A stretch of DNA of 64,000 nt from Candidatus Woesebacteria bacterium RBG_13_46_13 (GTDB taxonomy: Bacteria; Patescibacteriota; Microgenomatia; UBA8517), in NCBI GenBank assembly GCA_001791995.1, contig MGFR01000001.1, positions 78,880 through 142,879 of the forward strand, given 5' to 3'. This document shows positions 28,348 to 36,708 of this stretch, one piece after another. Made by a program: the position numbers and the translations under genes. The notes beneath the pieces were generated by a model, which saw nothing but the letters and a program-made list of their open reading frames with translations, ran no database searches and was not told where the DNA came from. Numbering within the stretch: position 1 is the first letter of the stretch; every line of letters starts with the position of its first letter.

Positions 28348-28776
28348 ATGCATATTATCAACAAAAAGGCGAGGTTTGGCTATAAGCTTGGAGAGGATAA
28401 GGTCGAAGCGGGGATTTCCCTTTCCGGAGGTGAGGCCAAGGCGGTCAGAACGGGACACGCCGACCTGACCCAATCTGTGGCCAGAGTCTTAAACGGCGAG
28501 GCTTATCTGATTAATGCCAATATTCCCGTGGCCGGGGCCAAGAACTACGTTTCAACCCGAACCAGAAGGCTGCTGTTGCACAAAGCAGAAATCCTTTCCC
28601 TCTCAACTAAAGCCAAACAGCAAAAATTGACTTTCGTGCCTACGAGACTGTATACTAAGGGCCACCTGATCAAGCTTGAGCTTGCTTTGGGCAAGCCTAA
28701 GGCCAAATTCGAAAAGAAAGAGGCCACCAAGCGCAAGGACATTCAGCGCGAGCTTGAGAGGGAGTTAAAAGTTTAG
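28348..28776 (+). CDS. smpB: SsrA-binding protein SmpB
   Basis: The N-terminus HIINKKARFGY and overall length match SmpB. The gene is followed immediately by tmRNA. Confidence 0.88.
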   Translation: MHIINKKARFGYKLGEDKVEAGISLSGGEAKAVRTGHADLTQSVARVLNGEAYLINANIPVAGAKNYVSTRTRRLLLHKAEILSLSTKAKQQKLTFVPTRLYTKGHLIKLELALGKPKAKFEKKEATKRKDIQRELERELKV

Positions 28777-29131
28777 GGGGCGACCGGTTTCGACGGAAAG
28801 TACTTTAAAAAACTGCAAGCCAAGTTCGATTCACACTTGTCAAAAGGAATCAAAAACAAGCGTCAACTCACAAAGTTACGCTGTAGCCTACGCTTAAAAA
28901 ACGTTTTTAGGTTACTGTTCTTTCGGAGGCGCCTCTTGACCGCGCCGGAAGGGCATAAACCAGTCAAGATGCCGTATCCATCTTTGGTTTGGGCTGGATA
29001 CCCAAGACACTAAACCTTACTTCAGTCAATTTTGTTGTCTTTCTACCTGAAGGAAAATTTAAGGACAACTAAGCTTGTAGTAGTTTTTTAGAAATATTTT
29101 TCGGACGAGGGTTCAATTCCCTCCGCCTCCA
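28776..29131 (+). ncRNA. ssrA: transfer-messenger RNA (tmRNA, ssrA)
   Basis: The 5' end GGGGGCGACCGGTTTCGACGG pairs with the 3' CGCCTCC acceptor. A T-arm GGACGAGGGTTCAATTCCCTCC is present. An internal frame encodes ...SYAVAYA before a stop. Confidence 0.85.
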
Positions 29132-29147
29132 CAAAAGTGTAGTTGGG

Positions 29148-31061
29148 TCAAAGGTGTTTTAGCTCGATTGAGTAAACCTTGCTTCCTCCAAGCAGAATAA
29201 TCTTTTTGTCTTTCTCGCTAACCGCTATATCCGTGGCCTCAGAAATCTTATCGGCGATGTATTGGGCTTTATAGGCTCCCTTCTTGTCCAAAACCAGCAC
29301 CCTTCTTCCTTGTTTATCCAAAATATAGACAAAGCCCAAGGTCTCGTTAGTGTAGATTGCATCGGCCGAGGTAATTTCGGGATAAATTCCCGACAAAGAA
29401 ACGCTTTGCGGACTACCCTGGGTAAATTTGAGTATTCTCCCGCTTTTGGTCAGTACCCAGATTGAGCCATCTATGCTTAAGGAATTCACGTTTGAAAAAT
29501 CCGGGGTAACCCCAGGCCCAAGCCATTTTTGCTTTGAGGAGAACGTCTCTCCCGTTCCAGGGAACCTCCATATCATGCCCGCACCCTTTTCCAGCATGTA
29601 GAGATTGCCGGCATAGGCATACGGTAAGACCTCTCCTTCCCAATCCTTGGCAAGCGCTTCTGTCCTTTTTGTCCCAACTTCGTAAAGTCCGTCTTGGGTG
29701 AGGATAAAAACTCTATCTTCATACGAAGCAACGGTTATCGCACCCTCGACCTGCTCGGGACCGGCAACCACTTCCGTTTTCTTTGTGGAAAGGGATACCC
29801 CAACTACCTTTTTGCCGTTTTTGTCCAGGATAAATATCTTCTCGGATGAGCCGGATAAATCATCGCCCGTCAATCCGTCGCTTAAGATGGATAAATCCAG
29901 ATAAAGTTGGGGTTCAACCTTATATTCCCCCAAAATTCCCCCCTGGTTTGCATCCAGCTTGGCCAAAAGTTCACTCAAGGCCGGGTCTTTAATCCCTTCG
30001 GCCTTTAAAGCTTCGGCCGTGTTTTTACTTTGGGTAAAAAGCTCTCTGGCCCTGTCTGCATTTAACCCAGCCAGACCCACCGCTTCATCTATCTGATGCT
30101 GGGCCTGTGTCAGCCGGTCCTGATATTTACCCCTTGCTTCCTTGATACTCTTCTGCCTGATACCGAAGCCGATGCTAATAAACAAGATTGCCAAAAGAAT
30201 TATGCCCACCGTGAGGGTCGTCTTTTTCGAGCTGGGTTGCACCTCTTCTTCCTGGCCGCCCCGGACATAGATTCTTCTTTCGGGCAGCCTTTTGCTTAGG
30301 ACTGATTCTATCTTGGCAAGAAAACCCCCAAAAAGCCGCCTGGCACCCGTAACTGCACTCCCTAATTTGTCGCTCCGAACGGGGCTTAAATTCTCCCGGA
30401 CGTCCTCTTTTCGAGGTGTTTCTTTGACAAAAACGGTTTCTTTTTCAAACTTAATGATTGCCGCTCCTAAGTTGCCGTTCTCGGCTTTGGCGTGGACCGA
30501 AGGGGCCAGACTTTCGGCGGCCAGGCCCGGCTCACCGGATTCCAGGGAGGCCTTAATTATTCCGTTGGGGATAGCTTCAAAAAAGCGTTTGGTGCCCAAG
30601 AGTAAGATATCTCTGTCTTTGGGGTATCCCGAGGCCGAAACCACCTCTCCTTGGGCGCTCTCTAAAATCTTGGCCAGCATTCCGTTCCTGAATATCGCCA
30701 CCTGCCCCCCGTCACCCACCGCCGAATAGACAACCTTGTCCAGAATGGCCACGGCGGCAATTTCCACTTCTCCCCAGGTGCCTTTAAATTCCGCAATCAC
30801 TTTCTCAACCGCACTTTTAAGCACATTAAAAGATTCCCCTTCTTCCTTACCGAAATATTCTTCATGCAGTCTGGCCAGAAGTTCCCGGCCGGCGATGACG
30901 CTATCTACACCCTCTTCGTGTCTACCTGTGGCTATAACCGCAAATAAGTGTCCCCTTGAGGTGAGTTTGTCGGGCTCTTCGGGTTTGTACTCATGAACTT
31001 GGGCCCAGCCGGAGCTGCCTGGGTTACCGGTCAGTTTTGCCGAAGTGATTGCAAAAGGCAT
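29148..31061 (-). CDS. membrane protein with an N-terminal PP2C/SpoIIE-like phosphatase-like domain and a C-terminal beta-propeller-like repeat region
   Basis: 637 aa. The N-terminus has PP2C-like blocks (GHLFAVIATG, VGDGGQVAIFRNG, DRDILLLGTKRF), there is a central transmembrane helix, and the C-terminus has beta-rich repeats. Confidence 0.55.
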   Translation of the reverse strand: MPFAITSAKLTGNPGSSGWAQVHEYKPEEPDKLTSRGHLFAVIATGRHEEGVDSVIAGRELLARLHEEYFGKEEGESFNVLKSAVEKVIAEFKGTWGEVEIAAVAILDKVVYSAVGDGGQVAIFRNGMLAKILESAQGEVVSASGYPKDRDILLLGTKRFFEAIPNGIIKASLESGEPGLAAESLAPSVHAKAENGNLGAAIIKFEKETVFVKETPRKEDVRENLSPVRSDKLGSAVTGARRLFGGFLAKIESVLSKRLPERRIYVRGGQEEEVQPSSKKTTLTVGIILLAILFISIGFGIRQKSIKEARGKYQDRLTQAQHQIDEAVGLAGLNADRARELFTQSKNTAEALKAEGIKDPALSELLAKLDANQGGILGEYKVEPQLYLDLSILSDGLTGDDLSGSSEKIFILDKNGKKVVGVSLSTKKTEVVAGPEQVEGAITVASYEDRVFILTQDGLYEVGTKRTEALAKDWEGEVLPYAYAGNLYMLEKGAGMIWRFPGTGETFSSKQKWLGPGVTPDFSNVNSLSIDGSIWVLTKSGRILKFTQGSPQSVSLSGIYPEITSADAIYTNETLGFVYILDKQGRRVLVLDKKGAYKAQYIADKISEATDIAVSEKDKKIILLGGSKVYSIELKHL

Positions 31062-31079
31062 AAGCCTATGCGCTTTGTA

Positions 31080-31304
31080 CTACAAAATTAGCAAAGCTGC
31101 AAGCAAAACCACAATCGCAAAGACCAGATGGGCATAGGCAAAGAGTTTTATTGGCGCTTCAAATCCGACTTTTAAGGTTTCCGTCATCAGCTGGACTTGT
31201 CTGACAACCACTACGGCAAAAACCAAATAAATGACCAGGGCAATCACCACAAATATTTTGATGATTAGCCAAATAGAAATACCGATCAAAGGAATTGTCT
31301 CCAT
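31080..31304 (-). CDS. small two-helix membrane protein, hypothetical
   Basis: Start at the internal ATG 31304 (METIPLIG...), which avoids overlap with the upstream gene. Confidence 0.45.
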   Translation of the reverse strand: METIPLIGISIWLIIKIFVVIALVIYLVFAVVVVRQVQLMTETLKVGFEAPIKLFAYAHLVFAIVVLLAALLIL

Positions 31305-31305
31305 A

Positions 31306-31962
31306 TCAGTCTTTGGCTTTCTTCTCCTCCATTCTGATGTCCTGTAAAATCTTGGCAACCTTGTCCGGCCAAGGGATCGCTTGAAACCTTAAATTTTCCA
31401 GCTCCGCCGCTGTTTGAATTAAAACATCTCCGTAATTAAAAATAGCCCTACCAACCCCCCCTACGGAATAAGTAACGTCCTGAATCTTATCCAAACTGGC
31501 GTCCGTTACCTCTTTATAGATAAGATTGTAAAAATCTATATCCAGCACCCTCTCGTTGGTGATAATAAAAATGTCGTAATACCAGACAACGAATTTTTCC
31601 AAGACAAAGGCAAAGCTGACCATATACCAACCCAATACCGCGACGAACTGGAAGCGCGCCGGAAGAAAAGAAAGAAAGGGAAAGACGGTTAGGATAACGG
31701 GGGCCAAAAGCATCAAGGCCCCAACCATAATCCAAGTCAGGTTGGTAACGGGATGCCTTCTTAAAAGCAGGATTATCTTCTCTTCCTTTTCCCTATTTTC
31801 GAAGGTTACGTTGTCGGGAAAGTAGCTATATGAAGCCAGGGGGTTATGGGTATGGCCCGTGAGCCTTTCTCTTTGGGTCGCGGTTTTTGGTTCCGGAAAA
31901 ACACTGGGGGTGGGCGCAGGAGAGTCTTTTTCTTCGCTATCCGTGATGAAGATATCCGGCAT
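31306..31962 (-). CDS. bacterial PH domain (YdbT/DUF304-like) membrane protein
   Basis: 218 aa. Two transmembrane helices are followed by a bPH_2-like domain (ERVLDIDFYNL...). Confidence 0.55.
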   Translation of the reverse strand: MPDIFITDSEEKDSPAPTPSVFPEPKTATQRERLTGHTHNPLASYSYFPDNVTFENREKEEKIILLLRRHPVTNLTWIMVGALMLLAPVILTVFPFLSFLPARFQFVAVLGWYMVSFAFVLEKFVVWYYDIFIITNERVLDIDFYNLIYKEVTDASLDKIQDVTYSVGGVGRAIFNYGDVLIQTAAELENLRFQAIPWPDKVAKILQDIRMEEKKAKD

Positions 31963-31998
31963 CTCCCCGATTATATAACATAATCGCTAAATTCTAAA

Positions 31999-33747
31999 TT
32001 AAAGCTTTTCGATGTTGAAAAGTGAGCTTTTCAAACCGATGTAGCCTGGGGCCCGCAGGTTAAAAGCTTCCTTAAAGGCACTCCCGGAAACGCTTTCGGA
32101 TCCTTTGTTGGTTTGGAAGGTGACGTTTAGGGTTGACCCGTCGTTGCCGTAGGTTACCGAAACCGAGGATACGCTGGTAAAGCCACCTATGCCCCGCAGG
32201 TCAGAAAGGGAATAGGGGTTTCCCCCCCAACAGCCGGTATCCACCGGTGAAATTCTCGATTTATCTCCGCCCTTGCCGTCCAAGACGTATCTGGCGTTTA
32301 AGATGTCTGCCATCTCTTCGCTCGTCAGCCAGGGATTACTTCTGCCGCAGGAAGCGCCGCCCCGGCTTTTGTACCAACCTTTATAGAACCAGGGAGAACC
32401 TCCCTTTTTATCCCAAGCGTTTCCCGGCCAACCATCTTTGCCGCCGTCCGCGTCCCATTGTCCGGGGGTGGAGTGACCCAATGAGCTATACGAGAGGGTA
32501 TAGCCTCCAGCGGTTGATGCATACCAGGAATTAACCACCTCGTTGGCGGAATTACTGACCAAGATTTTTCCCCGTGTTGCATCCACCGCTTCTTTCCATT
32601 TACCACCACTATCCGCCTTCGAGGATTTCCAGACCTGACAGGCCTCGGTCACGCAGATTGACCCCCCTGCATTTTGATTTCCCATTCTCCAGCCGACATA
32701 TGACAGGGCATAGCTTCTGGCGGCAATGGCCTGGGCCTTAAGAGCCTCCATGCCCCCTTGGTCTCCCCAGCTGGCGGGCATTTCCGCAATTCCGGGTATA
32801 TATCTTGCCTCAAAATCCATGGCTCCGGCAGAAGTTCTGATGGTGAGTGATGTATTAACATCAACGACCCTGACATCCCCGTAATAGGCCCTGAGGATCG
32901 CCTCGTAGTTTTGCCCAGCACGGGCTCTGCCGAAAGCCCCGTATTGGCTCATGCCTTTTCTGTGGGGAGCCCCAAAAGAAAATGCTCCAAAGGCCGGGGA
33001 AAAACCGGGACTGCAAAAATTGGACGAGCCGGGAGGACCGGAACAGGGCTCCAGGCTCGGGGGAACATCTCCCACCGAAGTTTGGAAACCTCCCTCCTTA
33101 AGGGCTTTAAGTTCGCTTTGCTTTGCCGAGAGGGAAGAAATATAAGTTTCCACTTTGGCTACCTCTCCCTCCAAAAATTTATATTGTTCATTTACTTTTT
33201 TCTGTGCGGCCGCGAGGGAGGTCTGGGATTTTTCGAGAGTTGCTTTGTCGTTTTTAAGCTTTATCAAATCCTCCGCGTATTTGACCATGGTTTTTCGGTC
33301 TTCATCCGCGGCTTTTTGCCTGAAGTTTATTTCCCTAAATGCCGTTGCCGCATCCGAGGAAAGAAAAGGCAGAAGGGGATCATAAAGTCTCAGGAATTTG
33401 TAATGGTTATTGGTCTTTTCCTCAAAAATGGCCTGGGCGAACGCCAGGTCTTCCTCCCTTCCCGCAATCTCTCCCTGGAGTTTCTTAAGCTGACTGGAAA
33501 TTGAAGCTAGACGCTTGTTCAAATCGTCCAGCTGTTTTTTAAGCCCGGCCAACTCCTCTTTATTTTTTTCATGCGCTGGGGCAAGAGCATCTATTTCTCT
33601 CTGGATTTCTGTAATCTGACAATCGTAGTCGGTGGCGGGACAGTTGGTTGCTTGAACAATCTGGGTCGTAAATGAGCGAGAAACAGCAAATAGCGAGATG
33701 GCGAAAAGAATAATTATTAACAAACTTCTAAGTCGCATAGTTTTCAT
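31999..33747 (-). CDS. SpoIID/LytB domain protein with an N-terminal coiled-coil (peptidoglycan remodelling)
   Basis: 582 aa with a signal or anchor, a long coiled-coil (LAGLKKQLDDLNKRL...), and a C-terminal SpoIID/LytB domain containing the GMSQYGA motif. Confidence 0.7.
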   Translation of the reverse strand: MKTMRLRSLLIIILFAISLFAVSRSFTTQIVQATNCPATDYDCQITEIQREIDALAPAHEKNKEELAGLKKQLDDLNKRLASISSQLKKLQGEIAGREEDLAFAQAIFEEKTNNHYKFLRLYDPLLPFLSSDAATAFREINFRQKAADEDRKTMVKYAEDLIKLKNDKATLEKSQTSLAAAQKKVNEQYKFLEGEVAKVETYISSLSAKQSELKALKEGGFQTSVGDVPPSLEPCSGPPGSSNFCSPGFSPAFGAFSFGAPHRKGMSQYGAFGRARAGQNYEAILRAYYGDVRVVDVNTSLTIRTSAGAMDFEARYIPGIAEMPASWGDQGGMEALKAQAIAARSYALSYVGWRMGNQNAGGSICVTEACQVWKSSKADSGGKWKEAVDATRGKILVSNSANEVVNSWYASTAGGYTLSYSSLGHSTPGQWDADGGKDGWPGNAWDKKGGSPWFYKGWYKSRGGASCGRSNPWLTSEEMADILNARYVLDGKGGDKSRISPVDTGCWGGNPYSLSDLRGIGGFTSVSSVSVTYGNDGSTLNVTFQTNKGSESVSGSAFKEAFNLRAPGYIGLKSSLFNIEKL

Positions 33748-33793
33748 TATAACAAGGATTAACTGAAAAGCTGCTTTGTGCTAAACTCAAACC

Positions 33794-34312
33794 GTGAAGA
33801 AAATACTTTTGGCCGCTGCCTTATTTTTGTTTCTTTGGATCGTCTTTCCGCCCCCGGCTTCTGCCGGTCCAACCTGTACTAATCTCGGCGGAAGTTGTAA
33901 GACAAGTTGTTCTTCCAGTGAACAAGACGGCGGCTTATCGGATTGTACAAGAAACCCCAGGGGTCCATCCGAAAAATGCTGTATTCCGGGACAAGCTGTG
34001 GGGCCAACGGCCGGTTGTTCTGATGGAGAATCTATAAATACTGCGATAGGCTGTATCCCGGTTGGAAACACTAATGCGTTTATTGGCTTTATACTGCGCT
34101 GGGCAATAGGGGTTGGTGGGGGAATCGCTTTTCTTTTAATTCTTTACGCCGGCTTTATGATCATGACCTCTTCCGGAAACCCGGATAGGCTTAAGGCGGG
34201 ACAGGAGCTGATGACCTCGGCAATTGCGGGTATAATCATGCTTATCTTTTCTGTATTTGTACTAAGAGTTATCGGAGTTGATATACTAAAACTGCCCGGT
34301 TTTGGAGATTAG
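33794..34312 (+). CDS. TrbC/VirB2-like T4SS pilin with an N-terminal cysteine-rich secreted domain (pilin paralog 1)
   Basis: GTG start. The order is a signal peptide, an 8-Cys region (CTNLGGSCKTSCSS...CC...C...C), then a two-helix pilin core (FLLILYAGFMIMTSSGNPDRLKAG...AIAGIIMLIF) shared with the seven downstream genes. Confidence 0.7.
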   Translation: MKKILLAAALFLFLWIVFPPPASAGPTCTNLGGSCKTSCSSSEQDGGLSDCTRNPRGPSEKCCIPGQAVGPTAGCSDGESINTAIGCIPVGNTNAFIGFILRWAIGVGGGIAFLLILYAGFMIMTSSGNPDRLKAGQELMTSAIAGIIMLIFSVFVLRVIGVDILKLPGFGD

Positions 34313-34314
34313 AA

Positions 34315-34635
34315 ATGCTTGCACAACTTGATTCGTCAGCCTTACAAGATCTGGAAGAAACCGCTTCCCCAAATTTTGCCGGAGGGAAAATCGGAGATAT
34401 CATCACCAACCTCCTTCCCTACCTTTTTGCTGGGGCCGGGCTTTTGTTGCTCCTTTTTCTTCTCTACGGGGGCATAAGCCTAATGCTTTCGCGGGGAGAC
34501 CCCAAGGCTGTTCAGTCCGCAAAGGATAAAATAACTGGGGCCATTGTTGGTTTTGTGATAGTCTTTTTCGCTTACTGGATCGTCCAAATTGTAGGCAAGA
34601 TTCTAGGCATAGAATCGATTGTCCAAATCTTCTAA
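34315..34635 (+). CDS. TrbC/VirB2-like pilin paralog 2
   Basis: 106 aa with a hydrophobic helix, a YGGISLMLSRGDPKAV loop and a second helix. Confidence 0.75.
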   Translation: MLAQLDSSALQDLEETASPNFAGGKIGDIITNLLPYLFAGAGLLLLLFLLYGGISLMLSRGDPKAVQSAKDKITGAIVGFVIVFFAYWIVQIVGKILGIESIVQIF

Positions 34636-34677
34636 CCCTCTTTTGAGTGTATTCCTTTTTTCTGCTAAACTAGAGCC

Positions 34678-34983
34678 GTGAATCATCTTGCTATTGATAT
34701 AGGTGCATCCTTCGGGTCGCCTTTTAGTGAAATCACAAGTGTCGGCGGGCTTGTTTCCACAATCGTTAATCTCGCTTTGGTTGTTGCTGGTCTTATCTTT
34801 CTTGTCATGTTTGTCGTGGGGGGGATAGGTATTATTTCCGGAGCTGGAAGCGATAGCCCGGAGAAGGCCGCAAAAGGAAAACAGGCAATAACAACTGCCG
34901 TAATTGGCTTTGTGGTTGTATTTGCAGCTTATTGGATAGTAAAATTGATTGAAGTCATAACCGGAATTTCAATATTGGGATGA
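34678..34983 (+). CDS. TrbC/VirB2-like pilin paralog 3
   Basis: GTG start, 101 aa, same two-helix architecture (VGGIGIISGAGSDSPEKAAKG). Confidence 0.75.
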   Translation: MNHLAIDIGASFGSPFSEITSVGGLVSTIVNLALVVAGLIFLVMFVVGGIGIISGAGSDSPEKAAKGKQAITTAVIGFVVVFAAYWIVKLIEVITGISILG

Positions 34984-35336
34984 ACAAATTTCTCAGCTTA
35001 AATTCACCTTTCGGGTCGGTCAAGTTGCCTGACCAGATTACCGCAACTTACGGAACGGACGCCGGGGCCGCCATCGGCAAGTTTCTTAATTTTACTTTAA
35101 GGGCAATGATCGTCGGAGCGGGTGTCTATGCCCTTATCAACCTTTTGGTCGCGGGCTACTCTTTTATGGCCGCCGGGGAAGACCCCAAAAAGATTGCGGG
35201 GGCTTGGTCAAAGATTTGGCAAACTCTTTTGGGGCTGGCCTTCGCTGCCGGAGCATTTGTTTTGGCGGCAATTTTCGGACAGCTTATTTTCGGAGACCCA
35301 ACATTTATTCTTAATCCCAGAATTCCGACACCATGA
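34980..35336 (+). CDS. TrbC/VirB2-like pilin paralog 4
   Basis: 118 aa with the loop FMAAGEDPKKIAG. It overlaps neighbours by 4 nt. Confidence 0.72.
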   Translation: MNKFLSLNSPFGSVKLPDQITATYGTDAGAAIGKFLNFTLRAMIVGAGVYALINLLVAGYSFMAAGEDPKKIAGAWSKIWQTLLGLAFAAGAFVLAAIFGQLIFGDPTFILNPRIPTP

Positions 35337-35686
35337 AACACTTAGCCGATATTGAGCTTGGTCCGCTTCGAGGCTTTGGTCCTTTGGGAAATCCGGAAGG
35401 AACGGGGGTCGCAACTTTCAGCAAATTTATCTCTACCATGATTGGTCTGATGACCATCATCGCCATTATTTGGTTTACCTTTGTTTTATTTACCGGGGCA
35501 ATTGCCATGATCAGCGCAGGGGGAGATAAGCAGGCTTTGGAATCTGCAAGAAAAAGAATCATTAACGGGCTTATAGGCCTGGTTGTAGTGATTGCGGCAA
35601 TTTTCATCCTCGATTTGGTCGGAAATATCTTTGGAATTCCTAACATTTTGAATTTCGGACAATTGTTTGAGCAGATTCAACAATAA
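35333..35686 (+). CDS. TrbC/VirB2-like pilin paralog 5
   Basis: 117 aa with the loop MISAGGDKQALESARKR. Confidence 0.72.
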   Translation: MKHLADIELGPLRGFGPLGNPEGTGVATFSKFISTMIGLMTIIAIIWFTFVLFTGAIAMISAGGDKQALESARKRIINGLIGLVVVIAAIFILDLVGNIFGIPNILNFGQLFEQIQQ

Positions 35687-36021
35687 TGCAACTCGCACAA
35701 GAAATTAATAACCCAGCACTGGGTCCCGCTCTTCAGGGGAAATCCGGAGCCGGATTTTTCCAGGCTTTTATCCCAAGCCTGGTGGGTATTGCCTTTGTAA
35801 TCGGGACCCTGGTTTTCTTTTTTGTAATGCTGGCCGGTGCCATCCAGTGGATTACCTCAGGGGGAGATAAGGCCGGACTTGAGGGAGCACGCGGTAAAAT
35901 AGTCAACGCACTGGTTGGTTTTATCGTCCTGCTTGCAACCTTTGCCCTACTGAAGGTAATTGAAGACTTTTTTGGAATCAATATTCTTACACTTGACATT
36001 GGACCTTTGCAAATTCAATAA
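35686..36021 (+). CDS. TrbC/VirB2-like pilin paralog 6
   Basis: 111 aa with the loop WITSGGDKAGLEGARGK. Confidence 0.75.
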   Translation: MQLAQEINNPALGPALQGKSGAGFFQAFIPSLVGIAFVIGTLVFFFVMLAGAIQWITSGGDKAGLEGARGKIVNALVGFIVLLATFALLKVIEDFFGINILTLDIGPLQIQ

Positions 36022-36026
36022 TATAG

Positions 36027-36362
36027 ATGATGTATAAATTGCTGGCGGCCACAGACATCAACCTCAAGCCAAGCGGACAATTCGGACAGTTGGGAAATCT
36101 CACAATCGGAGGAATCGTTTCCGGACTTATCAGGTTTGTTTTAGTGGTTGCGGCCTTGGTTTTCTTCTTTATTTTGGTCATCGGTGGCATCCGCTGGATC
36201 GCCTCCGGAGGAGATAAGGCCCAAACCGAAAATGCCAGAAATCAAATTACGGCGGCGCTGGTTGGCTTGGTCATCGTCTTTGCCGCCTGGGCGATAGTCC
36301 AGCTGATCAACACCTTCTTCGGAATTAACATCTTCGAGCTCTCGATTCCTACCGCTATCTAG
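36027..36362 (+). CDS. TrbC/VirB2-like pilin paralog 7
   Basis: 111 aa with the loop WIASGGDKAQTENARNQ. Confidence 0.75.
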   Translation: MMYKLLAATDINLKPSGQFGQLGNLTIGGIVSGLIRFVLVVAALVFFFILVIGGIRWIASGGDKAQTENARNQITAALVGLVIVFAAWAIVQLINTFFGINIFELSIPTAI

Positions 36363-36399
36363 GCTTGCTCTCCATACTTCATTGAGTTAAACTTTTGTT

Positions 36400-36702
36400 A
36401 TGAATGAAGGTTGTAATGCGATAACCAACGGTGTGGTTCAACTCCGCTATTTAGAGTGTGTTTTCGGAAATGTCGTAAATATCGCCCTGGCTTTTGCCGG
36501 AATCATCCTTTTTATCATGCTTATTTCCGGAGGATTTAAATACATTACCGCCGGAGGTGACCCTAAAGGCATCGAGGGAGCCAAAAAGACTCTGACTTAC
36601 GCTATCGGCGGGATTGTACTTATCGCCTTGTCGTTTCTGATACTTCAATTTATTAAACAATTCACGGGCGCCAATGTTACGGATTTTAAGATCTTCCAAT
36701 AA
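36400..36702 (+). CDS. TrbC/VirB2-like pilin paralog 8
   Basis: 100 aa with the loop YITAGGDPKGIEGAKKT. Confidence 0.75.
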   Translation: MNEGCNAITNGVVQLRYLECVFGNVVNIALAFAGIILFIMLISGGFKYITAGGDPKGIEGAKKTLTYAIGGIVLIALSFLILQFIKQFTGANVTDFKIFQ

Positions 36703-36708
36703 TGAAGT

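Noticed and set aside
33794-36702. Possibility that the repetitive pilin region is a CRISPR array or tandem DNA repeat
   Set aside because: There are no short identical direct repeats with spacers. The repetition is at the protein-family level (divergent paralogs with intact ORFs), not the nucleotide level.
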